Assembly: GCA_027053075.1 (NCBI GenBank)
Contig: JALUEE010000078.1
Coordinates: 43,573-107,572 of the forward strand
Length of the DNA stretch: 64,000 bases
Direction: 5' to 3'
DNA from: a candidate division WOR-3 bacterium
GTDB taxonomy: Bacteria > Hydrothermota > Hydrothermia > B15-G9 > WFZT01
Below are positions 41,087 through 51,512 of the stretch, piece after piece. The notes beneath the pieces were generated by a model. It was not told where the DNA came from, ran no database searches, and was given only the letters and a program-made list of their open reading frames with translations. Within the stretch, counting starts at the first letter, position 1. Every line of letters starts with the position of its first letter. The translations under genes and the position numbers were made by a program.

Positions 41087-41861
41087 ATATGTGAGATTAA
41101 TTTACAATTCTATGGCGGAAACCCTAACTTATAGAGCAAATCTTGTTATCAGTTTTGCTGTTATAGCTATTCCTTTTATTATCGCTGTTATTTTCTGGAG
41201 GGGAGTATTCTTTGCCAATAATTCTGTAGCAGATTACTCGCTTAAAGACATAATCACTTATTATTTTATAGTATTGTTTGCGCAGGATTTTACCTACCCT
41301 GTGTTAAATTATGATATTGTTATGGATATTAAAAACGGGCGGTTAAATTTTTTACTGATAAAACCTGTTAATTATTTCTGGTATACATTTTTCTTAAGAC
41401 TCGGGAGTAATATAGTTTATTTGAGTGTTGTCACGGCTTTTTTGATAATATATGTACTCATTTTCGCTAAGTTTCTGATACTGAATCCAAATAAGATACC
41501 CGCATTTCTATTATCTTTTTTGCTTTCTTACATATTAGGTGCACTTATTAGTTTCTTTTTTAGTATTTTTACTCTGTTTTTAGAAAACTTTGCAGGGCTT
41601 GAAAGTTTTGTAAACTTTATTGTTCCAGTTTTTTCTGGAATTTTGTTACCAATTAGTATGCTCCCGGGTTTATTATATAAGATATCCTTATACTTGCCCT
41701 TGAGATTACTTGTTTTTTATCCAGTAGAGATATATCTCGGAAAGAAAGATCTGAATAAAGGTATAATATATTCGTACCTTTTTTGGATATTGCTTTTCGC
41801 TATAATCAATTTATTTGTCTGGAGGGAGGGTTTAAAAAAATATAGAGCAGTGGGTGGATAA
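41079..41861 (+). CDS. ABC-2 family permease (DUF990-like)
   Basis: TYRAN, IKNG.L..LLIKP, C-terminal Y.AVGG. Confidence 0.85.
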   Translation: MSKYVRLIYNSMAETLTYRANLVISFAVIAIPFIIAVIFWRGVFFANNSVADYSLKDIITYYFIVLFAQDFTYPVLNYDIVMDIKNGRLNFLLIKPVNYFWYTFFLRLGSNIVYLSVVTAFLIIYVLIFAKFLILNPNKIPAFLLSFLLSYILGALISFFFSIFTLFLENFAGLESFVNFIVPVFSGILLPISMLPGLLYKISLYLPLRLLVFYPVEIYLGKKDLNKGIIYSYLFWILLFAIINLFVWREGLKKYRAVGG

Positions 41862-41864
41862 CAG

Positions 41865-42653
41865 ATGAGGAAGTATCTAAAAATATTCAAATTACAACTG
41901 GTAAATCAAATTGTATCCTACAGTATTTTTAAGGGCGACGCTATTCTGCTTATAGTATCTGATACTTTTGGGCTGATTTTTTCGGTGATATTTTTCAAAG
42001 CACTTTACAACAACATAGATTCTATTGGTAGCTGGAACTATGAATCAACACTTTTATTGGTAGGTATTGCAAATTTTGCGGATTCTTTTTATAGGTTATT
42101 ATTTGAGAAAAATGTGCGAAGGATTTCTGCTTTTGTAAGAAAAGGTACATTGGATTACGCGCTAATTAAGCCTATTGATGTACAATTTTTTCTTAGTATA
42201 GGAAGATTCAAATTCCAGACTTTATCTTCCCTGCTTTTCTCGATTTTGGTTATCCTTCACGCTATGAAATTATTACAACTTACAATTAATGTTTTTAACG
42301 TAATTGTATTTATCATTCTTTTGATAACAGGTGTGTCTTTGCGTTATATATTCAGTTTATATTCTTCTATCATTTCTTTTTACACTACCAGAGTTTCTGC
42401 TTTCTATTCTTTACAAATGGAGATTTTCAAATACGCTGAATATCCCTTTGATGTGTTTAGAGGATTAATTGAAAGGATATTTTTCACGTTTATATTTCCA
42501 ATTGTAATAATTGCCAATGCCCCGGCTATAGTTATTATACAAAATAGAAACTATTGGGTGATTTTAAGCGTCTTTATCAGTGTAGTACACTTCTATTTAT
42601 CTCGAATTTTGCTTTTTGCTTCAATAAATAAATACCAGAGTGCAGGAGGTTGA
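41865..42653 (+). CDS. ABC-2 family permease (DUF990-like)
   Basis: VRKGTLD..LIKP, YP..VF, C-terminal YQSAGG. Confidence 0.85.
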   Translation: MRKYLKIFKLQLVNQIVSYSIFKGDAILLIVSDTFGLIFSVIFFKALYNNIDSIGSWNYESTLLLVGIANFADSFYRLLFEKNVRRISAFVRKGTLDYALIKPIDVQFFLSIGRFKFQTLSSLLFSILVILHAMKLLQLTINVFNVIVFIILLITGVSLRYIFSLYSSIISFYTTRVSAFYSLQMEIFKYAEYPFDVFRGLIERIFFTFIFPIVIIANAPAIVIIQNRNYWVILSVFISVVHFYLSRILLFASINKYQSAGG

Positions 42654-42654
42654 T

Positions 42655-44517
42655 ATGTTTGTGTTGTTGATCATTGCGCTAAGCTTTAACAATTTTCACC
42701 GTTTCTTCCCGAATAGTGGGGAAATGATGGAAAACCGGACATTTGCGACTGTGGAACTGGTTAATGACACACTCGTGATTAATGCAAAATGCCACTCTAA
42801 GTATGGAATTTACACGGAATCTCTTGACAGGGATGAAATAAAGCCCGGTGAAGATTTCTTCGGTATTGTAATCACACAGGACAGGAATACGGGTTATTTC
42901 TTCCTGATAAATGCAAATGGTATAAAAAGCGACGGAGTAATCGTCCATAAAAGCACAAAAAGAAAAGCCTGGGATTATGTCTGGAATGTGAGCTCAAAGA
43001 GGTTTGATGATTCTTTATGGGTTGCAAATGTCAGGATTCCTCTTGATCGACTAAACCTTGAATACAAAGACAGTCTCATCCTGTACGTCAACCTCGTCAG
43101 GAGCGCAAAGCTCGGAGGCGTAGGCAGGTATGAGTCAGGGACTTATGTGCCCATTGTGGGCTCAAACTTCTATGATCTCACTTTTACTCAGAGGGTTGCT
43201 CTCCCGGTTGAGAAGAGAAAAGCAGGGACAAAGTTATTTATTGAGCCCTATGTGGCGGTTTACCGTGACAGTGGAGGTGTTTTCTTTAAAGAAGGGGAGG
43301 ACATAACTTTAAAGAATCAGACTGGAGAGCTTGCGATAACAGTGAATCCGGACTACGCAACAGTGGAAAGTGATGTGGAACGATTTAATCTCGACAAATT
43401 ACAGATGCTCTACTATCCGGAAAAGCGTCCCTTTTTCATGCATGGTTTTGAGCTATGGAACCTGCCCTTTATGGTACTTTACACGAGGAGCCTGACGGAG
43501 ATAGATGCAGGGGTAAAGGCAAATGTTAAGAGAGAAAATATGAGCTTCAATGCATTCCTTATTGAGGAAGGGGACACACTGTCAGGCTATTTTAGAAGGA
43601 AACGTCTCACCGGTGGAGTCAGGGGATTATACTCAACCGAATACGGGGACTTTGGGCTCTTTTATCTAAGTAGCAGGGACAGTTTTGAAGCAAAAGGTCT
43701 TGATGCAATGTTTTACCTTCCCTTTCAGCTCAGAGTAAATATGCAATATACACTGGACCGTTCGTCAAAGAGTGATTTCTTTTTACACATTTACCGGTTT
43801 GTTGAATCCGGAGTGGATGTGGAAGCCGGGTTGGAGAGACTTGATAGTGTGAGAATAAATACAGCTTACATACCATATCCCTTATACACTCGCTCCGCAT
43901 GGCTTTATCTCACCTACAATTTTTCAAGGGATAGCAAAATCTTACCCAATGGCTACTTAAGTATAGGTGGGACACATGGAGAATACCTAAACGGAAAACT
44001 CTATGAAAATAGTGGTTCAATAGTGGCCTCAGCTGGAATTCTCAGTAATCTACGGGTGGTATATAACCTTATACCCTAGAGAAGGAACGCTGGCAATACG
44101 ATATATGATAACTTGTTGCATTACTTTGAGATAGACTACCAGCCCCTGACACATCACTACATTGAAATTGAGACACAGTTTGGTCGTTACTTTGGAGGGG
44201 TCCAAAAATACTACTCTGCAGAATATTCGTACAAAGGTGAAAAGCTCTTGCTCGCATCTGGATACGGCTACGACAGCGAGCCTTTTTACACGCAGAAGCG
44301 CATATATTTGAAGGCAAAATACAATCTTACCAATGACTTAAGGGCAAGACTCTTTGTGCAGCATTCTGAGATTTCAAAAAGGAATGAGGTAAACTTTTTG
44401 ACGGAATACCGCATAAAGCCTGGAACTTTCCTTTATTTTGTGATAAACAGGACCGAAATAAATGGCTCCCCGCAGGTTAATTTCATGGTTAAGTTTAAAA
44501 GTTATGTGGGGATATAG
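42655..44517 (+). pseudogene. CBM9/DUF5916-type outer-membrane protein interrupted by one in-frame TAG (44077-44079)
   Basis: NPDYATVESD...YPEKRPFF; ORFs 42640-44079 and 44113-44517 share a frame, open in between. Confidence 0.7.
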
Positions 44518-44852
44518 ATACAATAATAAATCCTCATTTCTAATACCATAATGTCTTTAAATTAACCGGGAATATTTCCATAATCAGCACATAACGTGGA
44601 ACATCAAATTCATCTCATTGAATTCCTCCCCCACGCACTCTTGTGCGTGGGGGAGGTTGGGAGGGGGTAACCTTGATATAAATTTAAAGAGGCCCCTTCC
44701 CTACCTTCCCCACAAGCAAAGCTTGTGGGGAAGGAGATTCTTAAAAAATTTAAAAGTGCATCATTTAATCGGTTTTAGTATAATAAAATGTGTGGTTCCA
44801 CATTCACCATGGTAAATTTGATTTAAGTCGATATTAATTCCCTGGGGGATTT

Positions 44853-46796
44853 ATGGTGCTGATACTTTTATTGGCAGGAATTTTGGTTAGAGTAAATGTT
44901 GTTGATTCTTCGTTGAGGCATATAAAAGATGCTGAGATAGTGATAAAATCCGATGGAGAGGTTAAGAGGGTGGGGGAGGGCGACTTCGTCGCCCTCCCCC
45001 ACCCTCTTAATATTTTCTACATCTCCGCTCCCGGCTGGCACTCCATTCAGGATACACTCTACCTGACCAAAGACACCACTCTAACCTTCATCCTTACCCC
45101 AATCGAATACAAAACTGAAGAAGTTGAAGTTATCTCTTCACCATTACCATCAGGAGATGTGAAAATTAAGAGAGAATCTATTATTGAAACACCATCTCCC
45201 ATAGCTCCTGATCCCTTAAGGCCCATATTGAATCTACCGTTTGTTGAGCCTGGAAATGAGCTCTTACCTTTTTCATTCTATGTAAAAGGTGCTGTACCAG
45301 GTGAAAACTCTGCCTTTATCGAAGGTTACCCCCTTGTTTTCCCTTTCCATTTTGGCTTTACAACCGCTGTTCCTGTCTATTCTTTAAAATCTTATGACTT
45401 TTACACGGTCTATATTCCACCTGAACTTTCCCTGAAGGTGTCTTCGGCCATCAATTTTCATTTAAGGAATGATAGGACAGATGAACTCTTTGTTGATCCA
45501 ACCTCATCTATCAATTTTGTCCATTCGAGAAAGGACTTTTTAGCTTCAATAAGATTCACATCCATGTCGCTTCCGGTCTATTTAATGACCAAAAATATTC
45601 TCTACTATTTTGGAGATGTTATCGGGAGATTTCGCAATTTCATTTCATATATTTCCTATGACTTTGCACGGGACAGTGTTACTGATATGATAGAGTGGGA
45701 TTTTCTAAATTTTATGTCAGGAATGAGGATTGGTGAGTGTAGGGTGTATTTTAGCAGCGGTATTTATCATTTGAAATATCTGGATACAGGTGAAAAGGAT
45801 GCTTCCAGCTCAGAAAGCTTTGGGATTGTGGGAAAAGCTCCATTTTCTCTTGGCTTCCATTTTAGATTTTTGAAAATTGATGCAAATTCGAAATACTTCC
45901 CGTGGATGAACGGCAGCTATAGGGTTTTTGAAGGCCAAATCTGGAGAGGAATGAAGTTTGGTGGCTTTCGTATTACACCTATGTTCAAGATAATAAAAAA
46001 TGGGAGGTGGAAGATTGACCTCATGCCTCAATTTGGATTTGGATACCTGTGGAGAAGATATTATTTGAGAATCACATCTGGTGCCAATTCACAGGTGGAA
46101 TCTTCACCTAATAGCGGATGGTTAGGTGTGGCCAATAAAATGACAAAAAATTATTATTTGCAGGCTGAATCCGGTGGAGAAAAAGTTACATTTGGTGGAT
46201 TTGTAAGATATTATCCCCATGAGTATTACATAGCCGAGCTTGCAAGGGTAGATACTGTTATCAGCAGTAGTGACACCCTATGGAACCTAATTCCATACGA
46301 TTCACTTTTCCATGTAAGGAAATTTGCCGCAGGTGCTTATGTCTCGTTTTCTTTCGGAAAGCAATTCTGGCGATTGAGTGGAGATGTGGGTATTTTGAAA
46401 GGATTTGAGAGCACGGGAAAAACAAAGTTTCCACTCCCATACACTCCGGAAATTTCAATTAAACTCATGCCATCTCTTAGATGGGGTAAGAACGTGATTG
46501 ATGTTCCCATTTACTTTAAGAGTGGAATTAAGATTCCTGAGTTTTATGGTGACACCGATATTGGACCTATAGTATATGAGAAGCCCAGGACTATTAATTC
46601 AAAGGTTTACCTCAGGGTAGATGTAAGCTGGGCACACAGGTTTCACTTCCTGGGCTCAGAGAGCAGGTTTGTTCTTGGAATATTTAATCTAATTGGTATT
46701 AAGCCCGACATTGGATTTGAACCGGGCGAGGATAAATTTGTAAGAATTCCCATCCCCTCAGCAGGTGTGTGGATAAAATTTACTAAGAATTATTGA
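44853..46796 (+). CDS. TonB-dependent receptor-like outer-membrane protein
   Basis: N-terminal Ig-like part, plug-like DPLR..LNLP.V..FYVKG...EN...IEG.P...PFHF, terminal RVD..GIFNL..PIPS.G. Confidence 0.7.
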   Translation: MVLILLLAGILVRVNVVDSSLRHIKDAEIVIKSDGEVKRVGEGDFVALPHPLNIFYISAPGWHSIQDTLYLTKDTTLTFILTPIEYKTEEVEVISSPLPSGDVKIKRESIIETPSPIAPDPLRPILNLPFVEPGNELLPFSFYVKGAVPGENSAFIEGYPLVFPFHFGFTTAVPVYSLKSYDFYTVYIPPELSLKVSSAINFHLRNDRTDELFVDPTSSINFVHSRKDFLASIRFTSMSLPVYLMTKNILYYFGDVIGRFRNFISYISYDFARDSVTDMIEWDFLNFMSGMRIGECRVYFSSGIYHLKYLDTGEKDASSSESFGIVGKAPFSLGFHFRFLKIDANSKYFPWMNGSYRVFEGQIWRGMKFGGFRITPMFKIIKNGRWKIDLMPQFGFGYLWRRYYLRITSGANSQVESSPNSGWLGVANKMTKNYYLQAESGGEKVTFGGFVRYYPHEYYIAELARVDTVISSSDTLWNLIPYDSLFHVRKFAAGAYVSFSFGKQFWRLSGDVGILKGFESTGKTKFPLPYTPEISIKLMPSLRWGKNVIDVPIYFKSGIKIPEFYGDTDIGPIVYEKPRTINSKVYLRVDVSWAHRFHFLGSESRFVLGIFNLIGIKPDIGFEPGEDKFVRIPIPSAGVWIKFTKNY

Positions 46797-46898
46797 TCAA
46801 TGTAATTATATCATGCATCGTGACTTTCCTGAAATTCCAGACTCAAATTTATCAAAAGGGGCACAAATTCGAAACGAGTTTATACATGTTCCACAGAA

Positions 46899-47063
46899 GT
46901 GTAAACAAGGTAGTTGACACAGCAAAACCCGCATGAATACTGGGAATATCCCACTAAATAGTACAAAAGTACTGTAAACAATTAGTTGACACACATAAGT
47001 TGTGATACTATCAACACTTACAACATTTAAAAGCAAACCAGTGTAAACTAATTAGTTTACACT
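46899..47063. promoter_or_regulatory. Three operator-like palindromes upstream of lanthipeptide precursor
   Basis: 46899-46920, 46972-46992 and perfect AGTGTAAACTAATTAGTTTACACT 47040-47063. Confidence 0.7.
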
Positions 47064-47135
47064 TTGCATTGAACCTCATAAATGCAAGAGACGAAAATCC
47101 TCTATATTACTATACTTTACGTTTCGTTATTTCTA

Positions 47136-47151
47136 CGGAAGAAAAATTGCT
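47136..47151 (+). promoter_or_regulatory. Possible sigma54 promoter
   Basis: CGGAAGAAAAATTGCT has GG-N10-GC spacing with TTGC; -24 match imperfect. Confidence 0.45.
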
Positions 47152-47204
47152 ATTAAATAATAATGGTAGCGCGCTATCGAAAAACTTAAAAAGGAGGTAA
47201 AGCT

Positions 47205-47342
47205 ATGTATAGAGTGCTATCACTGCAAAGAATGGGAACGAGAGTAATGAATGACGATAATGGCGGGTGTCACGGAAGCTGTATGAGTTATCTCTTCTGT
47301 TCAACTCTGAGTATAGGTTGTGGACGGGGACGTGGAAAGTAA
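47205..47342 (+). CDS. Class III lanthipeptide precursor A1 (45 aa; not in ORF track)
   Basis: MYRVLSLQRMGTRVMNDDNGGCHGSCMSYLFCSTLSIGCGRGRGK; AAGGAGGT RBS; LxLQ leader; two S-x-x-S-x(2-3)-C motifs. Confidence 0.92.
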   Translation: MYRVLSLQRMGTRVMNDDNGGCHGSCMSYLFCSTLSIGCGRGRGK

Positions 47343-47345
47343 AAA

Positions 47346-47382
47346 TATGGTGCCGAGCACCCTGCGGGTGCTCGGCACCATA
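47346..47382 (+). terminator. Stem-loop between precursor and lanKC
   Basis: 17-bp perfect stem, TGC loop; no U-tract on + strand, so probably an mRNA stabiliser or attenuator. Confidence 0.6.
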
Positions 47383-47402
47383 AAAACCTGACTAAAGCTA
47401 CC

Positions 47403-50003
47403 ATGTACGAACAGATTGACCTTTTTCAGTTTATTATTCTGAATAGTGATTTTTATATTCCTATTGACTATATTGAGTGCGGAGAAAATTACAAACAGAT
47501 TGTTAAATCTCATCTAAAACTGGGATGGCATTTAGAAGATCAGGGTATCTGGACCTTCGTATTTAACGAAGCGAATGAGTTCCCCGAGCAGGGCTGGAAA
47601 ATTCATATATCAGCTATTCCCCAAAATGCCGGAGAAATCCTGCAAAAGACAGTTCCAATCCTTGTTTCAAATAAGGTAAACTTCAAATTTGCCTGTAATG
47701 AATTTGTGCTAACTCTCTTGAACTCCAAAAATTGGAGTCGAGGAGGGAGTGGAAAGTTCATTACTATCTATCCCCCTGAGAGATTATTCAAGCCACTTAT
47801 CCAGGAACTTTACAACGAATTACACAGTTATATGGGCCCCTATATTCTGTCAGATATGAGATATAGAGACGCTAAGGTGATTTACTATCGTTATGGTGGA
47901 TTTCAGCCGATGGAAAAGTTGACGGTCGAGGGATACAAAATTTCGCTTATCAAAACTCCCGAAGGAGAATTCATACAGGACAATAGACCTCCATTCTATA
48001 ATCCTCCACCATGGGTAAAAGACCCTTTTGGTCAAGAGCCCAGGTATGAGGAGAATATTCTCCTGAATAATAGGTATAAAGTCCTATTCCCCATCTCGTT
48101 TTCCAATTCAGGAGGTGTATATAAAGCAGTTGATACTTTTAATAATCAGGAGGTTATCCTTAAAGAGGCAAGGCCGTTTGTTAACCTTCAGGAGAATATA
48201 TCCGCAAAGGACCTTCTTGAAAAAGAATTTGAAATCCTCAAAAGAATCGAGGACCTTGGTATAGCTCCAAAACCGATTTCGTATTTTAAAGAATGGGAAC
48301 ATTTCTTCCTTGTTGAGGAATTTATTAAGGGGATGGATTTGAGAGAATATGTTGTCGTTAATTCTCCCATATTGAAAACCAATCCAGAGTTTGAAGACTA
48401 CAAAAATTATTTCCGGTCGTATCGGAAGATATTTCTTAATCTCATTGACTCTATCGAGAAATTGCACAGTAGGGGAATTATTTTCAGGGATCTATCACAT
48501 AATAACATCATTATTCAGGATGACCTTAGTGTTAAGTTGATAGATTTTGAGAGTGCCTATCTGATGGGAAGTGACAGGTGGATTCAAATTTTCACTCCAG
48601 GGTTTGCCTCTCCCAACCAGATATTGAATGAAATGCCAGAATTTTCTGACGATATCTATTCAATTGGTGAAAACATGATGGCCGCGATATTCCCCATAAA
48701 TCAATTTTTCTCACTTGCTCCCGATGCACGCGATAGATATTTGAAGGACATTATTGTTGATATGAATTTCCCAACAAAATTAAAGAAAATAATCAGTATC
48801 AGCACCAGTGGAGATGACCGCGTTGATTTGAGGTTTCTAAAATCCAGTTTGAGAAAACTTCGATTCCCTAAGCCTTTTAAAAGACAAACAAGCGTACTTA
48901 CAGATGCAGAGATAAACAGGATAATAAAGGGTATAAGGAAGTACCTTTTCAATTCCAACAAGTGGGAAAGGGAATTGGGAGCTCCGTTTCCTCTTTACGC
49001 TGAAGCATACATGACAAATATTTACAGTGTTGCTTATGGTATTAGCGGGATTTTGCTGTCTATGCTGAAATGTGGCTTTTCACCACACAAAAAGCAACTT
49101 GAGTGGTTTGTAAATCAGGATTTTGATGAGAGAGACATTCCACCTGGCCTTTATATTGGGCTTAGTGGGATTGCATGGACACTTCTGGAATTAGGGCACG
49201 AAGAGCTTGGAATTAAAGTATTCGATAAAGCCTTATCCCATCCCCTTGTATCGGATTCAGTTGATATGTTTTACGGTATGGCAGGAATTGGAATCACCAG
49301 CCTTCAGTTTTATCACAAATTCAAGGAGGACATTTATCTTTCCCACGCGGTGCAACTTTCAGAGATGATTTCCAATAAGCTTGAGGAGGCTGACAATTCA
49401 CTATATTTCAAGGGAACAGATGGTGATGTTCATTACGGATATGCACATGGTGCTTCAGGTGTCGCACTTTTCATGCTTTACTTATATTTAGCAACAAGAG
49501 ATGAAAGATTTTTAAACCTATCTCAAAGGCTCATGGATTTTGACCTCTCTCATGCTGTTGATTACAAAGATGCAATTTCATGGCATCCATCTAAGGAGCA
49601 CAGTTCCACTGTAATGCCATACGTAAAGTATGGAACCTCTGGAATTATTTCTGTGTTGCTCAGAATTAATCAGGTAACTCCTTTCAAGCAAGAATATATA
49701 CACAAAGGTTTACAAGATATAACAAGAAAGTATGCCATATTCCCTGGACAACTTAATGGATTATCCGGAATGGGAGAGACTATAATCGACGCGATGCCTT
49801 TTAAGGGAAACCTTGATAACCATCTCCAAAGGCTAATAAAAGGTGTGTCTTTGTTTATGATAAAAAGACCCGAAGGCATCACTTTCCCTTCAGACGGACT
49901 ATTTCGCATAAGCTGTGATTACGGTACAGGGTGCAGCGGAATTATGTCTTTTCTTTGCAGGACTATTAATAGGGATAAACGGTTGCTCTTTGATCTCGAA
50001 TGA
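47403..50003 (+). CDS. lanKC: Class III lanthipeptide synthetase LanKC
   Basis: Lyase (QGWKIHIS, SGKFITIYP, YYRYGGF), kinase (SNSGGVY, LKEARP, RDLSHNN, IDFE), cyclase-like domain without obvious Zn-ligand motifs, RISCDYGTG. Confidence 0.95.
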   Translation: MYEQIDLFQFIILNSDFYIPIDYIECGENYKQIVKSHLKLGWHLEDQGIWTFVFNEANEFPEQGWKIHISAIPQNAGEILQKTVPILVSNKVNFKFACNEFVLTLLNSKNWSRGGSGKFITIYPPERLFKPLIQELYNELHSYMGPYILSDMRYRDAKVIYYRYGGFQPMEKLTVEGYKISLIKTPEGEFIQDNRPPFYNPPPWVKDPFGQEPRYEENILLNNRYKVLFPISFSNSGGVYKAVDTFNNQEVILKEARPFVNLQENISAKDLLEKEFEILKRIEDLGIAPKPISYFKEWEHFFLVEEFIKGMDLREYVVVNSPILKTNPEFEDYKNYFRSYRKIFLNLIDSIEKLHSRGIIFRDLSHNNIIIQDDLSVKLIDFESAYLMGSDRWIQIFTPGFASPNQILNEMPEFSDDIYSIGENMMAAIFPINQFFSLAPDARDRYLKDIIVDMNFPTKLKKIISISTSGDDRVDLRFLKSSLRKLRFPKPFKRQTSVLTDAEINRIIKGIRKYLFNSNKWERELGAPFPLYAEAYMTNIYSVAYGISGILLSMLKCGFSPHKKQLEWFVNQDFDERDIPPGLYIGLSGIAWTLLELGHEELGIKVFDKALSHPLVSDSVDMFYGMAGIGITSLQFYHKFKEDIYLSHAVQLSEMISNKLEEADNSLYFKGTDGDVHYGYAHGASGVALFMLYLYLATRDERFLNLSQRLMDFDLSHAVDYKDAISWHPSKEHSSTVMPYVKYGTSGIISVLLRINQVTPFKQEYIHKGLQDITRKYAIFPGQLNGLSGMGETIIDAMPFKGNLDNHLQRLIKGVSLFMIKRPEGITFPSDGLFRISCDYGTGCSGIMSFLCRTINRDKRLLFDLE

Positions 50004-51508
50004 AAAGATTGTATAGCATAATAAAACCTTTTGAGAGAGGATTTTGGGGACTTGTCCTGTATTCTCTAATTTTAAACATCTTTACTCTTTCAAATCCTCT
50101 TGTCTTAAAGTTCATATTTGACGAGGGTATCAAAGGGAAAAACCTTAGACTGTTTATTTTACTGGTTTCTATATTCATTTTTGTCTCGATATTCTGGAGA
50201 GTTTTAAATTACCATTACTCTTTGCTTCTGGAAAAATTCAAAATACGGGTTACAAAATACTGGCTTAAGAATACGATAAATGCTTTTCTAAAGAGGCCCT
50301 ACAAAGAAATAATCACAAAAGATTCCGGATATTATCTCTCGAGAATTTATGAAGAACCTGAATCACTGAGTAATGAGCTTGTTTCCGGTGCTATTGATGC
50401 TATAAATCTGGGGATTGGCTTGATTTTATCCCTGGCACTCCTGTTGTATTTTTCTGTCTATGCTACCCTCATCCTTTTTCTGATTATTCCCGTGACATAT
50501 TTTTTGTCCTCTTATTTTTCGCAAAAAATTAAAGAATATACTGACAAGGAGCGAGAGAGTGAAGCTAAATTAAGAGAAACGATAACTGATGTAATACGGT
50601 CTGTTAAGTTTATAAAATCTTTCCAGTTTCATGATTTTATAGTCGGCAAGTTTATAGACAGATTGTCTAAATTCTTATCCATCTACTTAAAAAATTTCGA
50701 ATATGCTACGGGTTTTGATACGCTAAGCTCTATATTTTTGTCTCTTTCTGAACTATCGGTGATTATAGTTAGTGGCTATTTAATGATAATCGATAAAATG
50801 ACGTTTGGTAGCTTCATGGGATTTATGAACACTTTCTGGGGGTTTATTGGTGCAGTCCAGAGATTTATAGGAATAATCCCGGAAATCGCTGGGGCAATGG
50901 CTATTTATGATAGGCTTGAAAACTTTATAAACGTGCAAAATGGCCGAGCGGTGCAGTTTGGTGAAAAAATTATTTTGAAAAATGTAAGTTTCTCTTACGA
51001 TGGGAAATCTCGGGTGTTAGACAATTTCTCACTGATTATTAATCCTGGTGAGAAAATCCTCATACTTGGAGAGAATGGCAGCGGAAAAACCACCCTTGCC
51101 AATATAATCTCTGGACTAATAATACCTGAGGGGCAGGTCACCCTTCTCAAGAAAGTAAGCTTGATGCCAGATAATCTCCCCTCATTAAGACTTCGCGAGT
51201 ACGCTGTTCTGGACGAAAGAAATAAGTTTTTTGAGTTAATAAAGCTTTTTCAGTTAGAGGATTACCTTGATAAGACACCAGGGGAGCTCTCTATGGGCCA
51301 GAGGAAGAAGTTCACAATCACACTTACCCTTATAAGAGATGCTGATATCTATATTTTTGATGAGCCACTTGTAAATCTCGATAGTTTGAGTAAAAATTTA
51401 GCAATGGATTTGATTTTTGAAAATACTTATCGCAAAACACTTATCATAATAAGCCACAATTCTATTAAGAATAGATTTGATAGGGTTATAAAACTTGAGA
51501 GGAGGTAA
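50000..51508 (+). CDS. ABC exporter (fused TMD-NBD), probable lanthipeptide transporter
   Basis: TM domain plus GENGSGKTT, LSMGQ, FDEP; ATGA overlap with lanKC; no C39 domain. Confidence 0.9.
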   Translation: MKRLYSIIKPFERGFWGLVLYSLILNIFTLSNPLVLKFIFDEGIKGKNLRLFILLVSIFIFVSIFWRVLNYHYSLLLEKFKIRVTKYWLKNTINAFLKRPYKEIITKDSGYYLSRIYEEPESLSNELVSGAIDAINLGIGLILSLALLLYFSVYATLILFLIIPVTYFLSSYFSQKIKEYTDKERESEAKLRETITDVIRSVKFIKSFQFHDFIVGKFIDRLSKFLSIYLKNFEYATGFDTLSSIFLSLSELSVIIVSGYLMIIDKMTFGSFMGFMNTFWGFIGAVQRFIGIIPEIAGAMAIYDRLENFINVQNGRAVQFGEKIILKNVSFSYDGKSRVLDNFSLIINPGEKILILGENGSGKTTLANIISGLIIPEGQVTLLKKVSLMPDNLPSLRLREYAVLDERNKFFELIKLFQLEDYLDKTPGELSMGQRKKFTITLTLIRDADIYIFDEPLVNLDSLSKNLAMDLIFENTYRKTLIIISHNSIKNRFDRVIKLERR

Positions 51509-51512
51509 AATT

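Noticed and set aside
2794..47382. Hairpin repeats as a CRISPR array or DGR signal
   Set aside because: Dispersed, not regularly spaced; no reverse transcriptase or template/variable repeat pair seen
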